A stretch of DNA of 47,185 nt from a virus (Duplodnaviria; Caudoviricetes): the IMG/VR virus record IMGVR_UViG_3300014208_001434, positions 1-47,185 of that record; one strand, given 5' to 3'. The translations under genes were made by a program, and so were the position numbers. Below, piece after piece: positions 9,093-18,689 of the stretch. The notes under the pieces are model-generated. The model had not been told where the DNA came from and made no database searches. It saw nothing but the letters and a program-made list of their open reading frames with translations. Positions within the stretch are counted from its first letter, which is position 1. Each line of letters begins with the position of its first letter.

Positions 9093-12000
9093 TTATGTTC
9101 TACTTCCAACTTTTTTTTGCACTTCAATTTCAGCACCTATCTCATTAATACGCTTAATGGCATCGGCAGTAATTACCAATTGTTTCGATTTGAAAATTAA
9201 AGCAGCCTCATATATATATTTAGCTGCGGAATCTAAACTTCCGCTTTCAGTGGTTTTATTATTGGGTTTTACTGGTTGTATTGTGTCGGTAGTATAACCA
9301 CCGCTGGCGTACCCGCGCGTAATGTTCATATTGGCAATGGCTGTTGGCAAATCGAGTGTATTAATGGTACCGTTTTGCTGTGCCAGGTTAATAATATCTA
9401 ATGCCCTTTTTACACTTGGGTTTGCTGTTGCCTTGGCATTGGCCACAAACTCATTTTTGTGAACTATACCGGCGGCATCGGAACTGTTGCCTTGGCTGGT
9501 ATAACCGCCAACCTCAAAACCACCCATTGATTTTAATGCTTGACCGGCTATTCCCGCAATACTTATGGCTGCACTTGCTGTATTTATACCAACCCAAGGC
9601 ATACCGAATGATAATGGTGATGCAGCAACAGCCTTTGCGTTTGCAATTCCCGTATTAAATATTACCTGACCAATAGCAGCCGCTTGCTCAAATAAATACA
9701 AAGCTTGCCCCATTTTCGATTCTTGACCAACCAATTCACGGAGTGTACCAAAAGCCTGTTGGGCAACGCCTAATTCAGCCATTTGAATCTGTTTTTTAGC
9801 TTCAAATGCATCTAACTTTAACTGCCGCTTATCGTTTTCCAATTTTGCTTCGGCTTGCAATTCTTTAAGCCTATTGCCATCGGCCAGTGCAAATTCCTGA
9901 TTGTACTGTTCTTGTAATATTTCCAGTTTGGCTTGAAATGCTTCTTCATCGGTGGCCGCTTCCAATTCAGCAATCATTAGTTTATCTAATGTTTTCCGTG
10001 CATAATCGTCATCTTCAATGGCTGCAATACGTTTTAAATGTTCTGCTTTTTTTATCTCTAATTGAGCATAAGTGAGCTCATTAATTTCAACTTCGTATGA
10101 ATTTAACTGTTGCTTTTTTACAATGCGGCCTTTTAAATTTTCCTGCTCTTCGCGCCAGCGTTGTTCTTCAATGGCTTTTTCTTTTTCAATCCCATCTTTT
10201 AGTGAAGCTATACCGGCATCATTCAATTCCTTTTGAGCTTGAATAATTAGTTTTTTCTGTTCTTCAAGCCTTTCCAATAAAGGCTTTAAAAAATCTTTGG
10301 AGTCTGTTTTATCTTTTTTAGTTGTATTTGTTGGGTCTGTTGTTAAATCGGGAGTAGGTGAATTTGGATTAACCGATGATGCAGCAGTATTACCTCTTGA
10401 AATTATATCCAATAATCGTTTCTTTGTCTCAATATAATCTTCCTCCGCTTTTTTGGCATTTTCAGCTGACGTTTCAAGACTACTATATACAGCCTGAGTA
10501 TCGCCCAATGCCATTCTTATGCCAGTTACTATATGTTGCCAAGTCTCTAATTTTTTATCGTCGCCACTTGCTACGGCGGCCAAACGCTTCTGTTCTAATT
10601 CAACCAAAGCATTATAAGCGGCTTCGGCTTCGGCACGTTTTAACAACGATGCCAAGTATTTATCGCTGGCAGTGGTGGCAGCATCGGTATTAATGGTTTC
10701 AAGAGTAAGGTTTCCAAAATATTCGGGCGATATTTCATTCAATTTTTTAATGGCAGCCAACCGTTCTTCTTTGCTTTTCTTTTCATCCTTAGCAATTTTC
10801 ATCAGCTTTTCCATCTCAATTTTTTCGGCAGCAATGTTCTTTTGGGCTTCAACCGTAACATCGTTCACTGCTTTTTGAGCCTTTTCGGCTGATGATAACT
10901 GGCGGGTTAGTGCATAAAGGGCGACACCTGCAGCAACCAATAATGTAACTAATAAGGCAATTGGGTTTGCCTTTTGCGCTAAATTCCAAGCCTGTTGGGC
11001 AATGGTGGCCAGTTTAATCTGTCCGGTTAAAACTTTTTTAGCTATTGTATATGTTTTAACTATAAATTCTTTTGCTACCATTGAGGCGTAATGAATATCG
11101 TCCCATCGTTTGGCAACTTGTATGGCTAAAGTATAAGCACCAATAGCAGCGGTAATTGTAGTTATAACCCCAATATGGGTGCTAATAAAATTAATGGTAG
11201 CCATTAAAACCTTTAAAAACATGGTAACGGCATTGGTACTAAAAGTCATGGCGGGAGCCAACTTTTCACCAAATTCAATAGCAGTTAATTGTGCCTTGTT
11301 TTTTGCCTGCTCCAATGCTGCGGAATTATTGCTTGTATTTATTGATGCTTGCCTTATAGCCTCATTAGTTCCAGTAACAGCTTTAGTTAGCGATTCGTAA
11401 GTACCAATGTTGTTAAGCAAAATAGTTCCTGCAGTAACATTTTCGGCACCAAAGTATTTTATTTTTAGTGCATCTTTTTCGGCGGCTGTACCTTGTTCAT
11501 TAATCTTTTTATTGGCTTCATTCATGGCATCGGCCATATTGAACTGACCGGATGCATAACCCAACCCCGCATCTTTCATTTTTAAAAGGGCACCCCGGAG
11601 TTTTGTTCCGGCCTCTTCGCCTTTTAGCTGTTTGGTAGCCAAAACTTCCAATGCGGCAACGGTTTGCTCTAAGCTCATATTGCTGTCGTTGGCCACGGCA
11701 CCCACGTTTTTCATTGAACCGGTTAAGTCCGATATTTCAGCCGAACCTTCCAATGCTCCTGCTGCTAAAGTATTTATTACCCTTGCGGCTTCGCTAGCGG
11801 GTAAGTTAAACTGGTTCATGGCTCCGGCAACGGCTTCAACGGCTGGGGCGGTTTCCATTTTTGCAGCTTCGGCCAATATAAGTGCCTGTTTGGTTACTTC
11901 ATTCAGGTCTTCTTTATTTTTAAGGAGTTCAGGGCGGGCTGAACCCATTAATTTATAGGCATCAACAATATCGGTGGCACTTTTGGTTATTTTAATACCT

Positions 12001-12623
12001 CCTTCAAGGGTGCTGGTGCTTAGTTCTTTTGCTTGGTCGCTTAACCATTTTAAATCGTTTCCGGCTAAACCGGTAATAGCCGATAGTTCGCTAACCTTAC
12101 TTTCAAATTCATTGAACGAATCGACCATTTTTTTAGCTCCAAAAACCACTCCTGTAAAGGAAGCAGCCATGGCCGTTATTAACCCGAAATAATTATTGAA
12201 TCCACCGGCTAGTTTTTTAAATATTCCCTGTTGCTGGGTAAGTTCGCTGTTAAACCCGGTCATGGCTCCTTTTAGGGTTTTCAGCTTTTCAACTTCTTGT
12301 CGGTAGTCTTTATGGTCCTTGCTTAAATTGCGAACCGCTTTTGCTTGCGTTTCATACGCCTTTTTAAGTTGGTTGAATGTAGAACCATTCATATTTTTAA
12401 GCACCGAATCAACAGAAACTAATTCGCGCTTCAGTGATTTTATTTCAGTTTCGGTTTTATTCAGTTCTTTTTGAATGCCCGGGAGAAGATCGTGTTGTTG
12501 AAGGGTGAAAGCATCTTTGAGCTGCTTTTTCAAATCTTTGGCTTTTTGCTCAATACTTTCGAGCTGGGCTTCAACTTGTTTGTTATTTAGTTCTACCCGT
12601 GGGCGCGCAATCTTTTCTGCCAT
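9093..12623 (-). CDS. Tail tape measure protein (TP901-like core)
   Basis: 1176 aa, helical and Ala-rich; FESKVSELSAITG...LKGEEAGTKLRG core; coiled coils. Confidence 0.93.
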   Translation of the reverse strand: MAEKIARPRVELNNKQVEAQLESIEQKAKDLKKQLKDAFTLQQHDLLPGIQKELNKTETEIKSLKRELVSVDSVLKNMNGSTFNQLKKAYETQAKAVRNLSKDHKDYRQEVEKLKTLKGAMTGFNSELTQQQGIFKKLAGGFNNYFGLITAMAASFTGVVFGAKKMVDSFNEFESKVSELSAITGLAGNDLKWLSDQAKELSTSTLEGGIKITKSATDIVDAYKLMGSARPELLKNKEDLNEVTKQALILAEAAKMETAPAVEAVAGAMNQFNLPASEAARVINTLAAGALEGSAEISDLTGSMKNVGAVANDSNMSLEQTVAALEVLATKQLKGEEAGTKLRGALLKMKDAGLGYASGQFNMADAMNEANKKINEQGTAAEKDALKIKYFGAENVTAGTILLNNIGTYESLTKAVTGTNEAIRQASINTSNNSAALEQAKNKAQLTAIEFGEKLAPAMTFSTNAVTMFLKVLMATINFISTHIGVITTITAAIGAYTLAIQVAKRWDDIHYASMVAKEFIVKTYTIAKKVLTGQIKLATIAQQAWNLAQKANPIALLVTLLVAAGVALYALTRQLSSAEKAQKAVNDVTVEAQKNIAAEKIEMEKLMKIAKDEKKSKEERLAAIKKLNEISPEYFGNLTLETINTDAATTASDKYLASLLKRAEAEAAYNALVELEQKRLAAVASGDDKKLETWQHIVTGIRMALGDTQAVYSSLETSAENAKKAEEDYIETKKRLLDIISRGNTAASSVNPNSPTPDLTTDPTNTTKKDKTDSKDFLKPLLERLEEQKKLIIQAQKELNDAGIASLKDGIEKEKAIEEQRWREEQENLKGRIVKKQQLNSYEVEINELTYAQLEIKKAEHLKRIAAIEDDDYARKTLDKLMIAELEAATDEEAFQAKLEILQEQYNQEFALADGNRLKELQAEAKLENDKRQLKLDAFEAKKQIQMAELGVAQQAFGTLRELVGQESKMGQALYLFEQAAAIGQVIFNTGIANAKAVAASPLSFGMPWVGINTASAAISIAGIAGQALKSMGGFEVGGYTSQGNSSDAAGIVHKNEFVANAKATANPSVKRALDIINLAQQNGTINTLDLPTAIANMNITRGYASGGYTTDTIQPVKPNNKTTESGSLDSAAKYIYEAALIFKSKQLVITADAIKRINEIGAEIEVQKKVGSRT

Positions 12624-12635
12624 GTTTTTTTATTG

Positions 12636-12670
12636 GCAAGGTATTGCCTTGGGCAAAGGTGGTAAAGGAC
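12636..12670 (-). promoter_or_regulatory. Candidate late promoter, copy 2 (tape measure)
   Basis: GTCCTTT-N20-TACCTTGC (downstream box one base shorter than consensus). Confidence 0.55.
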
Positions 12671-12678
12671 ACTTTATT

Positions 12679-12745
12679 AATTAGCAATTGGCAATTAGCA
12701 ATTAGTAATTAATAAGATTTGAGATATTAGATGTGAGATGTGAGA
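12679..12745. repeat. Two adjacent heptamer tandem arrays
   Basis: aattagc/aattggc/aattagc/aattagt/aattaat then agatttg/agatatt/agatgtg/agatgtg. Confidence 0.75.
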
Positions 12746-12763
12746 AAAGAGAAACCCACCGGA

Positions 12764-13075
12764 TTAGGTTGGGTTTTTATCGATGTTTTTTTTTGCAGGC
12801 TTTTTTTCGAAGGTAGTATTGTTGCGCTCTATTATTACCGTTCCAAGCAATATATCGAAGAAATCTTTTTTTGTGTAGCCCATGGGTCTAAGGGCATTTA
12901 ATATTATAAACTCGGGAACCGGTTCAATGTGGTTTTGAAATGCAATGGGCCTGAATAAATCGGAACGCACATATTTAACATGGCCTTTTTTGTTTTCCAT
13001 AAATTTGCATTGTGCCAATTCCAGAAAAGCTTCAAATTCGGCAATTGATATGTTGCTGAGCTTTCTTGTTGACAT
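12764..13075 (-). CDS. hicA: HicA-like mRNA interferase toxin
   Basis: Small basic protein with KKGHVKY and HIEPVPEFIILNAL pattern; coupled to HicB-like gene. Confidence 0.7.
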   Translation of the reverse strand: MSTRKLSNISIAEFEAFLELAQCKFMENKKGHVKYVRSDLFRPIAFQNHIEPVPEFIILNALRPMGYTKKDFFDILLGTVIIERNNTTFEKKPAKKNIDKNPT

Positions 13076-13467
13076 TATGCAAATTCTAATCCATATACAT
13101 TTTCAAAATCATGTACTCCTTTTTTATTTTGCAAATCCCTAAAGGTTTCATTTTCCTGTAGCAAATCTTCCACATCGGGAGCCATTGATCGTTTTTTGCG
13201 TATGTTAATGCTCCATCCCAACCGCTCCAATTCTTTGTATATGGTTTTTTTCTTTTTCGAATAATCAACAAAATCATTCAACATGTATTCAAACGATTCC
13301 TTTGCCTCATTTATACTATTTCCATACCCAGTTAAATCAAGAGCCGGCGAATACAGAAAATGAACATTGGAATCATCATCTTTCCATCCTTTTAAAAGCA
13401 ACTGTATTTCTACTCTCCCTTTTTTTATTTTAAAAGAACCGGTTATGCTATGTTGTTTCATATCCAT
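13075..13467 (-). CDS. hicB: HicB-like antitoxin
   Basis: YSPALDLTGYGNSINEAKESF motif typical of the HicB N-domain; stop overlaps hicA start. Confidence 0.72.
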   Translation of the reverse strand: MDMKQHSITGSFKIKKGRVEIQLLLKGWKDDDSNVHFLYSPALDLTGYGNSINEAKESFEYMLNDFVDYSKKKKTIYKELERLGWSINIRKKRSMAPDVEDLLQENETFRDLQNKKGVHDFENVYGLEFA

Positions 13468-13506
13468 AAAACAGAAAATGAATTAAAAAGTTTTGTATTT
13501 ATAGTA

Positions 13507-13514
13507 CAAATATA
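13507..13514 (-). promoter_or_regulatory. Bacteroidetes sigma70 -7 box for hicBA
   Basis: TATATTTG matches TAnnTTTG about 40 nt upstream of hicB. Confidence 0.55.
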
Positions 13515-13544
13515 GTGCTTAAAATTCTATTAGCAATAGTAAAT

Positions 13545-13570
13545 AAAAAAAGACGCACACCGTGCGTCTG
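13545..13570 (-). terminator. Intrinsic terminator
   Basis: agacgcac-acc-gtgcgtct stem followed by a U-run on minus. Confidence 0.7.
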
Positions 13571-13605
13571 TACATTTGGGATTAAAATGTTTTCGAGGAC
13601 ATCCG

Positions 13606-13791
13606 TTAATCGGCTGCTAATTTACGTAAATCGAGCCTTGATTGTACAAGGGCCGTTAAAATATTTTGCTTTAGTTGCCATTGTTCTTGGTTTTGCTCTT
13701 GGTCCATATCCATTACTATAAGGCAAATGGCATCGGAAATGTTTTCGCAAACTTCGTTAACAAGGGCTCTTTTTTTTGATAGTATGTTCAT
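13606..13791 (-). CDS. Hypothetical protein
   Basis: 61 aa, ATGA overlap with upstream ORF. Confidence 0.55.
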   Translation of the reverse strand: MNILSKKRALVNEVCENISDAICLIVMDMDQEQNQEQWQLKQNILTALVQSRLDLRKLAAD

Positions 13792-14246
13792 TTGGCCTCC
13801 TGGTTAAGGGTGAATAAATGGGTACGGGCTTTCATATACATTTCAAAAGCGTTGCTGTAACCGGCAATGGCTTCCTGTGTTTTTTGCTCAGCCTGTTTTA
13901 TTTCAGCTTTCCAACCGGTTACTATTTCGGCTAAGCTATTAACATCGCGCTGGGCCATAACTGTGGCATCGGCATTGTATTCTTTTAGCCATGTTAAAAA
14001 CTGTTCTTCGGTAATGCGGCCTTCGGCAGCATACTGGTGGGCTAGCCACATTCCTTTTTCGCCCCAGTAATATTCGGTACCGTTTGGGTAAACTACTTTA
14101 ACTGGGTCACCCCAAGTTTTACTAGCTTCAAAAATGTGGTAACATAGTCCGGTAAGACTATTTTCGGTAAATTCTTCGGTAATTTTGGCTACCTGATGAA
14201 AATGAATAATAAATTCACTGCTGGTTTTAGGTTCTAAATTTTTCAT
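13788..14246 (-). CDS. Hypothetical protein
   Basis: 152-aa ORF with A-rich leader. Confidence 0.65.
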   Translation of the reverse strand: MKNLEPKTSSEFIIHFHQVAKITEEFTENSLTGLCYHIFEASKTWGDPVKVVYPNGTEYYWGEKGMWLAHQYAAEGRITEEQFLTWLKEYNADATVMAQRDVNSLAEIVTGWKAEIKQAEQKTQEAIAGYSNAFEMYMKARTHLFTLNQEAK

Positions 14247-14316
14247 AAATTTGTATGTTTTATTTATTTAATAGCCCCCGGCAATGTTTCTGAGACATGC
14301 CAGGGGTTTTTTATTT

Positions 14317-14892
14317 TTAATTAGTTGGAAAAAACGGTTTCATATCGCGGTAAATTTCACGGAAGCGGGCTTTTGTGGCATTAGCCCTTATGCTTCGTTC
14401 ATGTGTTAATTCAGCATTTAGCTTAATAAACTTTTCAAAATCATCACCGTTTTTATCGGCCTTACGTTCCAATTTACTTAGCTCATGTTGCAATAATACA
14501 GCACGCGAAATTGAATTATCCTGCTCACGGGAATAGGAAAACAATATTTCATCGATGGTTTTGTAAACCCAAACCTCAAAGAAAGGATCTAACCATGCGG
14601 CAAATTTTAATGCAACGGTTCTATGCATCCAAGTTCCATTAATTGAATTGTGACCTTTTACTGTTTTTACAAGTTTTCCTTTCGGTGAAAATTCATTCTC
14701 AAACTGAATATCTTCAGTTTGACAGAAAGCATTTATGAAATTTCTTGTACTGTCGATTTTTACAAAATCGGTTACATTTTTACCAAATGCTTTTGCCATT
14801 TGCGTGGCATTTACCATTACATTGGCATTAACTACTGAGGGCTCAAAAGCTATTTCAGCACCTCCAAAACTTTTTGTTACAATCATATTCAT
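14317..14892 (-). CDS. KilA-N domain DNA-binding protein
   Basis: MVNATQMAKAFGK...GTWMHRTVALKFAAWLDPFFEVWV. Confidence 0.9.
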   Translation of the reverse strand: MNMIVTKSFGGAEIAFEPSVVNANVMVNATQMAKAFGKNVTDFVKIDSTRNFINAFCQTEDIQFENEFSPKGKLVKTVKGHNSINGTWMHRTVALKFAAWLDPFFEVWVYKTIDEILFSYSREQDNSISRAVLLQHELSKLERKADKNGDDFEKFIKLNAELTHERSIRANATKARFREIYRDMKPFFPTN

Positions 14893-14996
14893 TATATTAT
14901 AATTAATAATAATATTATTTAATTACAAAATAATGATAAATAAATGATGAAAACAAATTAATTTATAATATTTTTACATTATAAATAATTATACCT

Positions 14997-15176
14997 ATGA
15001 AAGAAGGCGAAGTTTCAGTTACATTCCATGTAGATAAAGATTTATTAAAGAATTTTGAGGATGCAATTAGGCACAAAGAAAAGGAAATTGGAGTTCCTTT
15101 GAATAGAAAACAAGCATTGCACCTTGCTATAAAAGAGGCTTCTGCAAAATGGAAACAAAAAAACCCAACCTTATAG
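14997..15176 (+). CDS. Small ribbon-helix-helix-like regulator (59 aa, absent from the ORF track)
   Basis: MKEGEVSVTFHVDKDLLKNFEDAIRHKEKEIGVPLNRKQALHLAIKEASAKWKQKNPTL; alternating beta strand then two helices; divergent from kilA-N. Confidence 0.6.
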   Translation: MKEGEVSVTFHVDKDLLKNFEDAIRHKEKEIGVPLNRKQALHLAIKEASAKWKQKNPTL

Positions 15177-15189
15177 GCTGGGTTTTTTT
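15157..15189. terminator. Bidirectional intrinsic terminator
   Basis: aaaaaaaccca-acc-ttata-ggc-tgggttttttt between convergent genes. Confidence 0.7.
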
Positions 15190-15190
15190 G

Positions 15191-15811
15191 TTACTTTTTA
15201 AATTCATTTCTAAGTTTTTCGTTATATTCTTTATATGGGTAAATAGAATCAAGATGTTTAAAAACCCTATCAGTAAAAACAATACCAGCTTCCTTTGTTT
15301 CATTAAACCATGGCCAAATTTCATCCTTTTGCAAGAATTCAGCAGCATGCAATAACTGTTCTTCGTATTTTAGGCCAATACGCTCCTGAATTAGCTTATA
15401 ATCGTTACTTGAAAATTTAACCTTTTGCTTTTTGGCTTCAATAAACCAATTTTCAATTTTTGAAGGATCTGCCTTTGACCAATCACCAATTTCAATTATT
15501 ACTTTAAAAATAGTATAAGGCCATGAATCACACTCCCAACTTATATTAACTTTTTTTGCTTCATTAAAACGCAAGTTGTGTTCTTCCAAATATGCTTGAA
15601 ATGGAGTATTAAAATAATTATTTATTAATGAATCAAAAATATCTGATGTTATCTCTCTAGTATATTCAATAATAAAATCATCAGGATCGGAGAAAACATT
15701 AAAACTATTAATAAAATTATTATAAGCTTTTTCTTTTTGTTCATAAGTAGTTTCTTCACTTATCCAAGTATTAAAAGCTTTCGTTTGAGCATCAGTTACA
15801 TCTTTAATCAT
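15191..15811 (-). CDS. Hypothetical acidic low-GC moron protein
   Basis: 206-aa ORF, very AT-rich. Confidence 0.65.
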   Translation of the reverse strand: MIKDVTDAQTKAFNTWISEETTYEQKEKAYNNFINSFNVFSDPDDFIIEYTREITSDIFDSLINNYFNTPFQAYLEEHNLRFNEAKKVNISWECDSWPYTIFKVIIEIGDWSKADPSKIENWFIEAKKQKVKFSSNDYKLIQERIGLKYEEQLLHAAEFLQKDEIWPWFNETKEAGIVFTDRVFKHLDSIYPYKEYNEKLRNEFKK

Positions 15812-15826
15812 AGCAAATATTTTTTT

Positions 15827-16195
15827 TTAATCTTCCCATGTATATAGTTTTTTAGTTTCTGGGGCAAGCTCATCAAATGGTTTTCTAAGTAGATAGTGGT
15901 AAATACTTGCGTCACCTACTGAAAGGGTATAAGCCTGAACAAATTCCCATCCGTGCATACCCATATAATTTAATGCAGCTACCATGCTTCCAAATTTTAG
16001 ATCTATATCTTTTGAATCAACTAATTGTGATGCCCTACCGGTTGATTCAATATCGCCATAATCAATAACTACAGTTATTTGTCCATTTAATTTTAACTGT
16101 CCCATTAATAAACAATGAACATATTTTGGTTTGAACTGACTAAACCCAACAAAGCAAAAACCGACAAATATTGCCAGTAACAGTAATTTTTTCAT
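15827..16195 (-). CDS. Secreted hypothetical protein
   Basis: Signal peptide MKKLLLLAIFVGFCFVGFS-Q; ALNYMGMHGWEFVQAY. Confidence 0.7.
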   Translation of the reverse strand: MKKLLLLAIFVGFCFVGFSQFKPKYVHCLLMGQLKLNGQITVVIDYGDIESTGRASQLVDSKDIDLKFGSMVAALNYMGMHGWEFVQAYTLSVGDASIYHYLLRKPFDELAPETKKLYTWED

Positions 16196-16211
16196 AATCG
16201 TTTATTTAAGG

Positions 16212-16646
16212 TTAAAATTTATAAACTAAACTTACCCCATTACCGGTAAAGTTAAGGCTGGTGTTTTTTTGGGCTTGTTTGCGCTCCTCGTCCATTAGGT
16301 TGCCGGCACTTATAAGTTTACCAAAAGCCACCAAGGTACAAGCAAAGCTGGCCCCGTAAAACACATTACTAACGGTGTTAATGGTTTTCTGTTTACCAGA
16401 ATAATCGGTGGTAAGGTTCTGCTCCTGTTGGCTTTTAATTGATTGGTTGCCTAAATAACTAATTGTAGCACCGGCAAAGCTTAAAGCCGCACCCAAATAA
16501 AAAGCCTTACCGGCCCCTTTTAATTGGCTGCCTGCTGTTTTGGTTGTGTTTTTGGGTTTGCGGTTATCCCAATAGTTAATAGCTTCGTCGGTCTGGGCAA
16601 TTGCCATAATGGGCATAAAGGCTAAAAAAATAAGTAGAATTTTCAT
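16212..16646 (-). CDS. Secreted/membrane hypothetical protein
   Basis: Signal peptide ending AIA-Q, two hydrophobic helices, C-terminal GVSLVYKF. Confidence 0.7.
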   Translation of the reverse strand: MKILLIFLAFMPIMAIAQTDEAINYWDNRKPKNTTKTAGSQLKGAGKAFYLGAALSFAGATISYLGNQSIKSQQEQNLTTDYSGKQKTINTVSNVFYGASFACTLVAFGKLISAGNLMDEERKQAQKNTSLNFTGNGVSLVYKF

Positions 16647-16701
16647 TTATTAATGGTTTATAGTTGGAGTATAAAGCTAACAACAATAAACTATATAAAC
16701 A

Positions 16702-16727
16702 AAAAAAAGCGGTGGTTAGCCGCTTTT
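16702..16727. terminator. Intrinsic terminator
   Basis: aaaagcgg-tggttag-ccgctttt. Confidence 0.7.
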
Positions 16728-16751
16728 ATCCTTTCCTCCTCCCTATAAGAT

Positions 16752-16928
16752 TTAACTATCAAACTTTTGAAAGAGTTCGCAAAGCACAGCAATAACCGAA
16801 TTATTATCGGTAATGGTTCCTTCGCTGCTAATGGCAATAATTTTAATACTTTCAATTATTGCCCTTTTAAACTCTTCCTTTTCTTCCGATTTGACAACAA
16901 TTGTCAAGTCTTGTTTTTCATTACTCAT
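16752..16928 (-). CDS. Small hypothetical protein (58 aa, absent from the ORF track)
   Basis: MSNEKQDLTIVVKSEEKEEFKRAIIESIKII...; co-oriented, fills the gap before the terminator. Confidence 0.5.
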   Translation of the reverse strand: MSNEKQDLTIVVKSEEKEEFKRAIIESIKIIAISSEGTITDNNSVIAVLCELFQKFDS

Positions 16929-16954
16929 AGGTTTACATTTTTTGGGTGGGATTA

Positions 16955-17335
16955 TTAATCGTTTAAGGTATCAACTATTGAACTAGCAATCTTCATACCG
17001 TATTTTTCGGCCAAAATTTCGGCTAATTTATCTACATGGTAATCGAATGTGGCGCTAAACCAAGGCCGTTTTTTGCGGCGGGTAACTGAATTGCCTACAT
17101 CATCCGATTCAATTCCGCGTCCTACACCCATATCAACAAACCGACCATAATAATTAAAGGCAAATACAATGCGTTCCGGGTCACCACCTGAATTGGTATA
17201 TACATGATAAACGAATGAATTTAATAATTCGCCTGTATGGGTTATTTTTTTGCGGATAATTTTACTTTCCCAAACCTTAATCACAATCTCAGCCCACGCT
17301 TCAACCGATAACCGTATGTCTTCGTTTTCGCTCAT
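16955..17335 (-). CDS. Putative neck/tail completion protein (HK97 gp10-like)
   Basis: TGELLNSF...YGRFVDMGVG...RPWF pattern; position. Confidence 0.6.
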   Translation of the reverse strand: MSENEDIRLSVEAWAEIVIKVWESKIIRKKITHTGELLNSFVYHVYTNSGGDPERIVFAFNYYGRFVDMGVGRGIESDDVGNSVTRRKKRPWFSATFDYHVDKLAEILAEKYGMKIASSIVDTLND

Positions 17336-17835
17336 TATACCTCCCAATCGGCTGCATTGTATACCATTCCCGATGATTGATTGACATCGAACCGGAAGTA
17401 AACGGAAATAGCCCTGTCGCCAAATGGACCAACAGGAAAGTAAGGAATATTGCCAAACTGCATTAAATCTAACCCATGTAGCCTTTGCCGGCTATCGTGT
17501 AACATTTTAGCCAATATCTTTTGCCCTATGGTTTTACATTGTTTCTTAGCGGCGGCCCTTGCACCATGGTCAGCAAATTCATAATTGGTTACAATGTAAA
17601 ATTCATAGCTGGGGGTATCCACAAAATTATCGCCAAGGTTATCCGATATCCTTCCTTCGTTATTTTCAACCACCATTAAAGCGGGGTACTGTGCATCGGG
17701 CAATTCGCCAATCAGTTCTTCAAGCCCTGCAATGCCCGATATACGGAAGAATCTTTTATTGAATTCATTGTGGCCTATATCTTTGAGTTTTATGGCCACA
17801 TCCTCCATGTAGGTTATAAAATCGAACTGTATCAT
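17335..17835 (-). CDS. Putative tail terminator-like protein
   Basis: Position; QYPALMV; ATG at 17835 abuts the upstream stop. Confidence 0.5.
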   Translation of the reverse strand: MIQFDFITYMEDVAIKLKDIGHNEFNKRFFRISGIAGLEELIGELPDAQYPALMVVENNEGRISDNLGDNFVDTPSYEFYIVTNYEFADHGARAAAKKQCKTIGQKILAKMLHDSRQRLHGLDLMQFGNIPYFPVGPFGDRAISVYFRFDVNQSSGMVYNAADWEV

Positions 17836-17836
17836 G

Positions 17837-18688
17837 TTACTTCTTTTTATGCTTGCGTTTAAACTCCTGTACCCGCTCATGGGCCGTTTCCATTTCGCCC
17901 AATATTTCGCGCACATTCAAATCTAATAGCTGTTCGTTCTTTGTTGGGTCGCCACCGTTAACGGCACGTACTAGGCTCATCATTTGGTTGGCCATGTTTT
18001 TGGTTTTGCCTGCCGAACTGTTATCGGGGCTAAATACATTGGGGAACTCTTTTTGCAAGGCTGACCTGGCACCGCTGTAAAAAGTAAACAATGCCAGCTT
18101 TTTATACATACGCAACCAAATTAGTTTATGGGCACGGCGGGCAAACAAATTATCGTTGAACCGTTCGCGGCGGTCGCCTCCATAACTTGGTGAATTTGGC
18201 ATGTATGGATCAACCTGTGGGCGCCATAGTATGGCTACCAAATTATTCAAATAGGTAACATGCTTGCTTTTGCAAAAACTCAGAAAATTCATTTCGGCAA
18301 AAATAAATTCCCGGAGTGTGATGTTATAAATATTATCGTCGGGCCCGTATAAACGGCGACGAAACATTTTTATAACCGGCATTGGGTTAATGGTTAATGT
18401 GCTTTCTTTTAGCAAAAACGAAAGTTCTTTAACCATTACAGTCACCTCTTCGGCCGTGAGTATGAAACTCCTTCTACCTTGCCTAAATTTAAAAAACTCT
18501 TTTGCTTCCTGCCAGTGGGTTTTTTTCATAAGGCGAATTCCAGAAAACTTGCATAAACAGTTTATTAAAAGGAACTGTTCCGGAATGTCGAGCAGGTAAT
18601 ATTTCATTACAAAAAACAGTTGGCTAACGGTTAATTCGTTCCATGTTTTTGGGGTGGTGAGCCTGATGGTATCGGTTTGTTTTTTCAT
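17837..18688 (-). CDS. Hypothetical virion-assembly protein
   Basis: 283 aa, PKTWNELT N-terminus; morphogenesis operon. Confidence 0.5.
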   Translation of the reverse strand: MKKQTDTIRLTTPKTWNELTVSQLFFVMKYYLLDIPEQFLLINCLCKFSGIRLMKKTHWQEAKEFFKFRQGRRSFILTAEEVTVMVKELSFLLKESTLTINPMPVIKMFRRRLYGPDDNIYNITLREFIFAEMNFLSFCKSKHVTYLNNLVAILWRPQVDPYMPNSPSYGGDRRERFNDNLFARRAHKLIWLRMYKKLALFTFYSGARSALQKEFPNVFSPDNSSAGKTKNMANQMMSLVRAVNGGDPTKNEQLLDLNVREILGEMETAHERVQEFKRKHKKK

Positions 18689-18689
18689 A

